Of a stretch of DNA of 39,833 nt, positions 26,667-34,542 are shown piece by piece. A model generated the notes under the pieces. It searched no databases, was not told the DNA's origin, and saw only the letters and a program-made list of their open reading frames with translations. The position numbers and the translations under genes were made by a program. The stretch's first letter is position 1, and every line of letters begins with the position of its first letter. Source of the DNA: a virus (Duplodnaviria > Caudoviricetes); IMG/VR virus record IMGVR_UViG_3300032304_000280, positions 1 through 39,833 of that record; one strand, given 5' to 3'.

Positions 26667-27303
26667 AGGCATCCCCGCATCGCAAGACGCCTCGAGCACA
26701 CAACCGACGGGTGGTGAGCAACAGGCATCACAGCAACAGGCTGACGGTACGCAGAACCAGCAGGCTGGCCAGGATGGCCAGAAGACTGGCAATGCCGAAG
26801 GTGACCAGAACGGTGACAAGGCTACGGCCAAAGCACCGGAAGCGTATGAATTCAAAGCAGGAGAAGGCCGCGAGTTCGACCCCGAGGTGATTAAATCATT
26901 CTCGGAAATCGCCAAGGAATTGGATCTGCCACAAGACGCCGCGCAGAAAGTGCTGGACAAAGTCGCACCAAAGATCTTGGAGCGTCAGATGCAAGCACTG
27001 GAAACTGCTCGTAATGAATGGGCCGAATCGGCTCGCACCGACAAGGAATTCGGGGGTGACAAACTCAACGATAACCTGGTCGTGGCGAAGAAAGCACTCG
27101 ACTCGTTTGGTACGCCAGAACTGCGCAAGTTGTTAAACGAGTCTGGCCTGGGCAATCATCCGGAAATGATCCGCTTGATGTACAGGGCAGGCAAAGCAAT
27201 CAGTGAGGATCGCTTTGTCGGCGGCACTCGAGGTGGTCAGAAATCTGGCCCCAAGGGTTTCAATGATTTAGCATCAGCGCTTTATTCAAATCAGCAATCT
27301 TAA
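26623..27303 (+). CDS. Capsid scaffolding protein
   Basis: Low-complexity N-terminus, APEAYEF, DKEFGG, GLGNHPEMIR...GKAISED; precedes the MCP. Confidence 0.8.
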   Translation: MTESLMTDQAATTTEGIPASQDASSTQPTGGEQQASQQQADGTQNQQAGQDGQKTGNAEGDQNGDKATAKAPEAYEFKAGEGREFDPEVIKSFSEIAKELDLPQDAAQKVLDKVAPKILERQMQALETARNEWAESARTDKEFGGDKLNDNLVVAKKALDSFGTPELRKLLNESGLGNHPEMIRLMYRAGKAISEDRFVGGTRGGQKSGPKGFNDLASALYSNQQS

Positions 27304-27316
27304 ATAGGAGTCCATC

Positions 27317-28336
27317 ATGGCTACTTTGTCGAACAACTCTCTCACCCTGGCCGATTGGGCCAAACGCGTCGACCCGGACGGTCGAGTTCCCGTCGTTGCA
27401 GAACTGCTTTCGCAGAGCAACGAAATCTTGGAAGACTGCGTGTTTAAGGAAGGCAACTTGCCTACCGGCGAACGCGTTGTAATCCGTACTGGCTTGCCTA
27501 CTGTTTACTGGCGTGCCCTGAACCAAGGTATCCCATCGAGCAAATCGACCACTGCACAAGTGGACGAGGCTTGCGGTATCTTGGAAGCCCGCTCTGAAGT
27601 GGACAAAGACTTGGCAATGTTGAACGGCAACACCGCTCAATTCCGCCTGTCTGAAGACACTGCATTCTTGGAAGCAATGAACCAGACTCAAGCCACGACT
27701 TTGTTCTACGGCAACCCTGGTGTTGATCCCAAGCAGTTCCTCGGCTTGGCCGCTCGCTACAGCGACAGCACTGCCGCCAACGGTCAGAACATTCTGAAAG
27801 CCGGTGGCGCTGGTTCTGACAACACATCGATCTACTTGGTCGTGTGGGGTGACAACACTGTGTACTGCCCGTTCCCTAAAGGTTCTAAGGCTGGCTTGAT
27901 TCACGAAGACCTCGGTGAGCAAACCGTTTACAACAGTGACGGCACTCGCATGCAGGCTTTGGCTACTCGCTACCAGTGGAAGAACGGTCTTGTTGTGAAA
28001 GACTGGCGCTATGTGGTTCGCATCGCCAACATCGATGTGAGCGACTTGATTGCCCAGACTGGCACACAAGCACCTACTGCCGCAACCGCGATCATCAAGT
28101 TGATGGCTCGCTCTTTGTACCGCATCCCTAACATGGCTATGGGCCGTGCCGCGTTCTACATGAACCGCACTGTGCACTCTGGTCTGTCGATCGCGGCTTT
28201 GGACAAGAGCCAGTATGTCTTGAAGATCAATGAAGGTCTGAGCCAGTTCGGTATGCCTTACTCTTGGCTGTCGTTCCTCGGAGTTCCGCTCCGTCGCGTT
28301 GACGCTATCCTCAACACCGAAGCGGCCATTTCCTAA
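27317..28336 (+). CDS. Major capsid protein (BPP-1 Bbp17-like)
   Basis: TLADWAKR.DPDG, N.IL.D..F.EGNLPTG, RTGLP..WR..N.G, DWRYVVRIANID, F.GVP.RRVDA.LNTEA; SD AGGAG. Confidence 0.92.
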   Translation: MATLSNNSLTLADWAKRVDPDGRVPVVAELLSQSNEILEDCVFKEGNLPTGERVVIRTGLPTVYWRALNQGIPSSKSTTAQVDEACGILEARSEVDKDLAMLNGNTAQFRLSEDTAFLEAMNQTQATTLFYGNPGVDPKQFLGLAARYSDSTAANGQNILKAGGAGSDNTSIYLVVWGDNTVYCPFPKGSKAGLIHEDLGEQTVYNSDGTRMQALATRYQWKNGLVVKDWRYVVRIANIDVSDLIAQTGTQAPTAATAIIKLMARSLYRIPNMAMGRAAFYMNRTVHSGLSIAALDKSQYVLKINEGLSQFGMPYSWLSFLGVPLRRVDAILNTEAAIS

Positions 28337-28367
28337 TTGGTCAATTTAACTCTGAAAGGAACACATC

Positions 28368-28802
28368 ATGATTACCGATAAACTGCTCCGCGTCTCCACT
28401 GACCAAGCCGTGACTACAACCGCTGTGTCGACCGATACGATCGACCTGTCTGTTGCTCGCGACATTGGTGAAGGCGGCGACCTTTACATGAACTTCGCAA
28501 TGACTGAAGCCTTTGCTGGTGGTACTTCTACCAACTTCGAAGTCATCATCGCTGACAACGCCGCTCTGTCGAGCAATGTCGTGGTGATTGGCGCTTCCGG
28601 CGCGATCGTGACTGCTGATCTGACTCTTGGCAAGAATGTTGCCGTGCGTTTGAATCCGCAAATCGCATCGTTGGGCAAGCGTTACTTGGGTGCTCGCTAC
28701 ACCGTGTCCGGCACTAACACTGGCGGCAAGGTTGTTGCAGACATCGTTATGGATGTTCAGGACGGCAAGAAGTTCTACGCATCTGGCTTCACCGTAGTCT
28801 AA
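28368..28802 (+). CDS. Capsid cement/decoration protein (Bbp16-like)
   Basis: MI.D..L..S..QAVT..A.STD.IDL...DIG.G, RYLGARYTV; follows the MCP. Confidence 0.8.
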   Translation: MITDKLLRVSTDQAVTTTAVSTDTIDLSVARDIGEGGDLYMNFAMTEAFAGGTSTNFEVIIADNAALSSNVVVIGASGAIVTADLTLGKNVAVRLNPQIASLGKRYLGARYTVSGTNTGGKVVADIVMDVQDGKKFYASGFTVV

Positions 28803-28817
28803 TAAGGAGAATTACAC

Positions 28818-29015
28818 ATGCCTAAATACCGCGTCACCGCACCTTGCTTTGTCAACAATGGCTTTCGTAATGAAGGCGAGATCGTCGACTATGATGGTCC
28901 CGCTGGATCTGCGCTGGTTCCTATCGATGATGAAGGCAACGAGGCCAAAGCTGAAACCTCTGCAAAGAAGTGGACGCCCAAAGCCAAGCGCGGCGCTGAT
29001 GAAGGCTCCGTGTAA
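28818..29015 (+). CDS. Hypothetical protein
   Basis: SD TAAGGAG; MPKYRV...FVN....EGEIVDYDG. Confidence 0.75.
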   Translation: MPKYRVTAPCFVNNGFRNEGEIVDYDGPAGSALVPIDDEGNEAKAETSAKKWTPKAKRGADEGSV

Positions 29016-29044
29016 TCCTTCCTGATTGGAAGCCGTAAGTCACG

Positions 29045-29076
29045 GGGGGCCGCTGGGAAACCACGGTCCCCTTTTT
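29045..29076 (+). terminator. Rho-independent terminator after the capsid genes
   Basis: GC-rich stem with GAAA tetraloop followed by TTTTT. Confidence 0.75.
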
Positions 29077-29090
29077 ACATTTAGGAGGCC

Positions 29091-29774
29091 ATGATGGCAT
29101 CAGTTGTCGACATCTGTAACCTTGCGCTGGCGCACCTCGGCGACAACGCCACCATCGCAAGCATCGATCCACCAGAAGGATCTGCGCAGGCAGAACACTG
29201 CCAACGCTTTTATCCAATCGCTCGAGACACTTTGCTCGAGATGCACAGTTGGGCTTTTGCAACCAGACGCGCATACGGCGCTGAAGTTGAAAACTCCTGG
29301 CCAATGTGGAGGCATGCATATGCCAACCCCGCTGACGCAATGAGCGTCATTGCAGTGCTACCACCAGAAGCGCGTGACGACTACAGCACCGCATTCACAC
29401 CTGAAAATTACCCAGACTTTTACACAAACTATTCACCGGCTGTTGCCGCTGGCCAGTATGTTCCGCAGAAGTTTGCAATTGAAACAGCGCAGGATGGTTC
29501 GCAAATTATTCTGACCAACCAAAAGCAAGCTGTGATCCGTTACTCGGCTCGCATCAACGACCCAACAAAATTCTCTGCACTGTTCACCACCACGCTGTCA
29601 TGGCATCTCGCATCGATGCTTGCCGGCCCAGTGATCAAAGGTGACCAGGGCGCCGCAGAAGCCAAGCGATGCATCACCATGATGAACCTCTACCTTGGCA
29701 AAGCAATGGAGTCTGATTCCAATGAGCGCCAGATCAAGCCAGAGCACATCGTGTCCTGGATCGCAGGGAGATAA
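29091..29774 (+). CDS. Tail tubular protein A/adaptor (T7 gp11-like)
   Basis: S.VDICNLALAHLG...I.S, ARD.LLE.H.W.FA; position in the gene block. Confidence 0.8.
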   Translation: MMASVVDICNLALAHLGDNATIASIDPPEGSAQAEHCQRFYPIARDTLLEMHSWAFATRRAYGAEVENSWPMWRHAYANPADAMSVIAVLPPEARDDYSTAFTPENYPDFYTNYSPAVAAGQYVPQKFAIETAQDGSQIILTNQKQAVIRYSARINDPTKFSALFTTTLSWHLASMLAGPVIKGDQGAAEAKRCITMMNLYLGKAMESDSNERQIKPEHIVSWIAGR

Positions 29775-29776
29775 GC

Positions 29777-32104
29777 ATGCCTAATGTGCGCACACTACAA
29801 CGATCATTTGCTGGCGGCGAGATGTCGCCAGAGATGTTTGGCCGCATCGATGATGTGAAATATCAAACCGGGGCGGCGACGATGAAGAACTTCATTGCCA
29901 CGCCACAAGGTCCGGCAGAAAACCGCGCAGGGTTTGCATTTGTTCGCGAGGTCAAAGACAGCACCAAGCGCACCAGGCTGATCCCATTTACATACTCGAC
30001 CACGCAAACCATGGTGATTGAGTTAAGCCCAGGCTACATACGCTTTCACACACAAGGCGCGACATTGATGTCAGGTGGTGTGCCATACGAGATTGCAAAC
30101 CCATACGCAGAAGCTGATCTGTTTGACATTCACTATGTGCAGTCAGCCGATGTGATGACGCTGGTGCACCCAAACTATGCGCCGCGTGAACTGCGCAGGC
30201 TTGGCACTACCAACTGGACATTGACCACCATCAACTTTGGATCTCCGATTGCCGCGCCCAGTGGCGTGACTGCAACCAGGTACATCCCTGCATCGTCATC
30301 GACCAACGCAGACACTTACGAGACGATGAGTTATGTCGTGACAGCAATTGCCGCTGATGAGATTGGCGAGTCCATCTCTTCAAGCGTGGCATCAGTCACC
30401 AACAACATTTTTGTCACTGGTGCGACCAACACAATTTCCTGGTCAGCAGTGACAGGCGCATCGCGTTACCGCGTCTACAAACTGTTGGGAGGTCTGTATG
30501 GCTACATTGGAAGCACGACTGGCACGAGCATCGTCGACAACAACATCGCGCCGGATCTGTCGGTTACTCCTCCCAACTACGACAACGAATTCACCAGCAC
30601 AGGCAACTACCCTGGAGCCGTGTCGTACTTCGAACAGCGTCGGTGTTTTGCTGGAACCATCAACGAACCGCAAAAGATCTGGATGACCAAGTCAGGCACT
30701 GAGTCTAATCTCAGCTATGGCCTGCCAATTCGTGACGACGACCGCATCGAGTTCCGCGTGGCCGCTCGCGAAGCAAACACAATTCGCCACATCGTGCCGT
30801 TGACTCAGTTGTTGTTGCTGACTGGATCTGCTGAGTGGCGCGTGTCATCTCTCAACAGCGACGAGATCACACCAACCACCATCTCTGTTCGACCACAGTC
30901 GTACATCGGTGCATCGAATGTTCAACCGGTGATCATCAACAACGCTTTGGTGTACTGCTCTGCTCGCGGTGGCCATGTGCGTGAACTTGGTTACAACTGG
31001 CAGGCCAGTGGGTTTATCACCAACGACTTGTCGATCCGTTCTGCCAACTTGTTTGACAACTACGAGATCACTGACATGGCATTTGCCAAGGCGCCGATCC
31101 AGATGATTTGGTTCATCTCGTCGTCTGGCATGTTGCTTGGTTTGACATACACGCCAGAGCAACAAGTGGGCGCGTGGCACAAGCACGATACCGACGGCAC
31201 ATTCGAGTCTTGCACCGTGGTTGCAGAAGGCAACGAAGACCGCTTGTATGTGGTTGTCAAGCGCACCATTGGCGGCGTCACCAAACGCTATGTCGAGCGC
31301 ATGGCCAGCCGTCACTTTGATTCAATCGAGGACGCGTTCTTTGTTGACTCAGGCGCAACATATGACGGCACAAATACCTCCGCCACCACGGTCACGGTAA
31401 GCGGTGGCACAACCTGGGGACCGGCTGATGTGCTGACCATCACAGCATCGACTGCCATCTTTACCTACCCAGGCACCAGTGATGTCAATGACGCCATTGT
31501 GCTGACCGACTCTGCCGGCAACACATACCGCCTCACAATCCGCTCCACGACCTCCACAACGGTCGCAACGGCTCGAGTTGATGTCACACTACCATCCGCA
31601 CTCAGAAACACCGCCACGAGGCTGTATTCGTTTGCACGCAATACGATCAGTGGCTTGACTTGGCTCGAGGGCAAGAGCGTGTCCATCCTGGCTGATGGAG
31701 CCGTGCAACCCAAGAAGACTGTGACCAGTGGATCGATTACGATTGACCGGGCCGCAAGCATCATCCACATTGGCCTGGAATACGACTCAGACCTGCAAAG
31801 CCTGCCGCTTGCCATGGGCATCGACAACGGCATGGGCCAGGGTCGCTACAAGAATGTCAACAAGGCATGGCTCCGCGTTTACCAGTCGTCCGGTATTTTC
31901 ATTGGACCCAACGCGGACAATCTGGTCGAGGCCAAACAAAGGACGACCGAACCATACGGCACGCCGCCTGAGTTGAAGACCCAAGAAATTCAGATCATGC
32001 TGACACCATCATGGCTCGACAGCGGCCAGGTGTTTGTCCGCCAGTCTGATCCACTGCCATTAACCATCGTCGGCATGACCCTTGAGGTTGCGATCGGTGG
32101 GTAA
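29777..32104 (+). CDS. Tail tubular protein B/nozzle (T7 gp12-like)
   Basis: QRSFAGGEMSP...GR.D, YP..VSYFEQR, QV.AWH.H.T.G, Q..PLPLTI. Confidence 0.88.
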   Translation: MPNVRTLQRSFAGGEMSPEMFGRIDDVKYQTGAATMKNFIATPQGPAENRAGFAFVREVKDSTKRTRLIPFTYSTTQTMVIELSPGYIRFHTQGATLMSGGVPYEIANPYAEADLFDIHYVQSADVMTLVHPNYAPRELRRLGTTNWTLTTINFGSPIAAPSGVTATRYIPASSSTNADTYETMSYVVTAIAADEIGESISSSVASVTNNIFVTGATNTISWSAVTGASRYRVYKLLGGLYGYIGSTTGTSIVDNNIAPDLSVTPPNYDNEFTSTGNYPGAVSYFEQRRCFAGTINEPQKIWMTKSGTESNLSYGLPIRDDDRIEFRVAAREANTIRHIVPLTQLLLLTGSAEWRVSSLNSDEITPTTISVRPQSYIGASNVQPVIINNALVYCSARGGHVRELGYNWQASGFITNDLSIRSANLFDNYEITDMAFAKAPIQMIWFISSSGMLLGLTYTPEQQVGAWHKHDTDGTFESCTVVAEGNEDRLYVVVKRTIGGVTKRYVERMASRHFDSIEDAFFVDSGATYDGTNTSATTVTVSGGTTWGPADVLTITASTAIFTYPGTSDVNDAIVLTDSAGNTYRLTIRSTTSTTVATARVDVTLPSALRNTATRLYSFARNTISGLTWLEGKSVSILADGAVQPKKTVTSGSITIDRAASIIHIGLEYDSDLQSLPLAMGIDNGMGQGRYKNVNKAWLRVYQSSGIFIGPNADNLVEAKQRTTEPYGTPPELKTQEIQIMLTPSWLDSGQVFVRQSDPLPLTIVGMTLEVAIGG

Positions 32105-32105
32105 A

Positions 32106-32138
32106 GGTACCCGTAAGATCCGGTGACACGGATACTGT
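32106..32138 (+). promoter_or_regulatory. Putative phage late promoter GGTACCCGTA-N17-TACTGT
   Basis: Conserved motif and spacing; upstream of the ejection-protein genes. Confidence 0.75.
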
Positions 32139-32218
32139 TCAACCATGCAAGAACCTGGTGCTGTGGAGGTAAGGTCAACACAGTCCTCCAAGCCCAGGTG
32201 AAACAGGAGATTTGACAC

Positions 32219-32830
32219 ATGGCAACCTTATTGACCGGAACCGGGACACAGGCAATGAGCCAGGCCGGGTCCATCTTTGCAATTGGCGGGGCAGTCACTG
32301 GCGCCATTGGCAACTACTACGCCGCCCAAAGCCAGATCGCACAACTGGAGTCACAAGCATCCTCGATGCGATTCCAGTCCGACATCTCGGAACTCAATGC
32401 GGCCCAGGCTGAATTCACAGCCCAGCAGATCCTGCGTGCTGGCCAACTCAAGCAAGGCCAGGTTAGCCTGCGCGCCGGCAAGATCAAAAGTTCACAGCGC
32501 GCATCGATGGCCGCTCGAGGTATTGACCTGGGCGTCGGCAGTGCTGTTGAGACTATCGCAACAACCGACCTCATGAAAGAGATCGACATGCTGACAGTCA
32601 ACGCTGATACCGTCCGAAGCGCAGAAGCGGCACGACTACAGCGTCAAAACTATTTGACAGCATCAGCAATGCAGGATGTGTCTGCATCAAACTTGGCAGG
32701 CTCCGCATCAACTATCAGCCCATTCATGGCGGCTGGATCGAGCATTCTCGGCAGTGCCGGAACCGTGGCCAATGCCTGGTACCAAGATCGCAAACTTGCG
32801 GCAATGGCCGCAAAACTTGGCATCGATTAA
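32219..32830 (+). CDS. Internal virion/ejection protein (T7 gp14-like)
   Basis: Ala/Gly/Gln-rich, QRASMAARGIDLGVGSA; SD AGGAG. Confidence 0.75.
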   Translation: MATLLTGTGTQAMSQAGSIFAIGGAVTGAIGNYYAAQSQIAQLESQASSMRFQSDISELNAAQAEFTAQQILRAGQLKQGQVSLRAGKIKSSQRASMAARGIDLGVGSAVETIATTDLMKEIDMLTVNADTVRSAEAARLQRQNYLTASAMQDVSASNLAGSASTISPFMAAGSSILGSAGTVANAWYQDRKLAAMAAKLGID

Positions 32831-32839
32831 GGACGAATC

Positions 32840-34528
32840 ATGGCAACAGTACCAATTTACGATTTACCAACACAAGAAGCAGGCGTAGGCAACATGCCTG
32901 CAATACAGGCTCCAGGCGTAGAGCCGATGCGCAATTTTGCCGGCGAGCAAATTGCAAAGACTGGCCAGGCAGTGCAGTCTTTTGGCACGACTGTGATGAA
33001 GATCGCAGACCGCCTGCAAGGTGAAGTTGATGATGCCAAAGCCAAAGAACTCTACAACACATTTGCGGCATCAGCCGACACCATTGAAACTCAATACCTA
33101 ACGCTCAAAGGCAAGGATGCTGTGGGCGCGGCAATGAAGACCAAGAATGATCTTGAAGCCGCATTGACGGATGTTGTTGGCCAAGCCGAGAACGATGTGC
33201 AAAAAATCTTGTTGCGCAATTCTGCCGGCGTTCGCATGCGCAGTGCCAACAGCGCAATCATCAAACACTCATTGGTTGAGCAACGCGACTACGACATCAA
33301 GGAAAGCGGCGCCCAAGTTGACTCATTTGTCAATGATGCGATTCGCTACTCTGCTGGTTGGAAAAATCCACAAGGCGACTTTGCTGTTTACTACGGAGCC
33401 GCGAAAGATGGCGCTAATAAGCTGGCAGACAAACTTGGATACGAAGCCAAGAGTGCACAGCGCGAGCAATTGATCTTGAAGGCAACCAACCAGATTCACG
33501 GCCAGGTTGTGCAGTCTCAGATCGATGCTCAGAACTTAGATCAAGCACGCGACTACCTGCAACGCTACGGCAATGAGATGACGCCGGAGACTTATCAGCG
33601 CACAAAGAAAGCGCTCGAGATCGGCACATCTGACGCCAAAGAACAAGGCCTCGCAGAATCATTCTGGAGCAGTAGCGGCAACAACATTGCTGGCGCTCTC
33701 AAGATGGCTCGTGAAAAGCTATCCGGCAAAGAAGAGGACCAGGTTGTTCAGCGCTTGAAGATTTTTGAGAGCGAGCGCACTGGCATCATCCAGGCCGCTC
33801 AGAACGACGCCAAAGACAAAGCATGGCGCTCGTATGCAGAGACAGGCAACTTCAGCAAGATCCCGCCAAGCATATTGGCCAGCATGGATGGCGCCGACTT
33901 GGCCAGCCTGCAACGCACAGCAAAGGCTGATGTTGAGGCGCGCACAAAGGGAACTGAAGTCAAGACAGATCCAAATGTCTACTACCAGTTGACGCAAGAA
34001 GCCATGACGAATCCTGACTTCAAAGATCCGACCAAGGTTGATCTGCGCAAATACTTTGACAAGCTGTCACCTGGTGACCGCAATCACTTCATCAATTTGC
34101 AACGCACGATCGGCACAAAGAACGAGGCGCCAGAGGCTGTAACAACGCAACAGCAAATCACCGCAGTGACTAAGCAACTAGGCCTAAAAGATGAGAAGGC
34201 TGGCATGTTCACGCAAGAAGCAAACAAAGCATTGTTCGCGGCACAAGTAAACAAGGGCGGAAAGCTAAACCAGGCCGAGCGTCAAAAGGTGCTTGATGGA
34301 TTGGTGCTTGAGGGTGAAGTGTTGACCGGCTCATGGTACAGACCTGATCCAAACATGCGCAGGTATGAGGCGCGTGCTCGCGGTGAAGAAAGCAAGTTCA
34401 AGCCAACATTTACTGATGCACAGCGCAACAAAGCTACTGAAGCACTTAAACGCAATGGCGTATCCAACCCAACAAAATCGCAAGTTGATGCAGTGCTGTA
34501 TGAGACATACGGCATCGAGCAGAAGTAA
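32840..34528 (+). CDS. Internal virion/ejection protein (T7 gp15 position)
   Basis: MATVPIY N-terminus, helical composition, position between the small and giant ejection genes. Confidence 0.7.
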   Translation: MATVPIYDLPTQEAGVGNMPAIQAPGVEPMRNFAGEQIAKTGQAVQSFGTTVMKIADRLQGEVDDAKAKELYNTFAASADTIETQYLTLKGKDAVGAAMKTKNDLEAALTDVVGQAENDVQKILLRNSAGVRMRSANSAIIKHSLVEQRDYDIKESGAQVDSFVNDAIRYSAGWKNPQGDFAVYYGAAKDGANKLADKLGYEAKSAQREQLILKATNQIHGQVVQSQIDAQNLDQARDYLQRYGNEMTPETYQRTKKALEIGTSDAKEQGLAESFWSSSGNNIAGALKMAREKLSGKEEDQVVQRLKIFESERTGIIQAAQNDAKDKAWRSYAETGNFSKIPPSILASMDGADLASLQRTAKADVEARTKGTEVKTDPNVYYQLTQEAMTNPDFKDPTKVDLRKYFDKLSPGDRNHFINLQRTIGTKNEAPEAVTTQQQITAVTKQLGLKDEKAGMFTQEANKALFAAQVNKGGKLNQAERQKVLDGLVLEGEVLTGSWYRPDPNMRRYEARARGEESKFKPTFTDAQRNKATEALKRNGVSNPTKSQVDAVLYETYGIEQK

Positions 34529-34542
34529 TAGGACACAACGAC

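Noticed and set aside
28320-28368. Programmed frameshift or read-through extending the major capsid protein, as in T7 10B
   Set aside because: No clear slippery site, and the next gene has its own SD (AAGGA) and start codon
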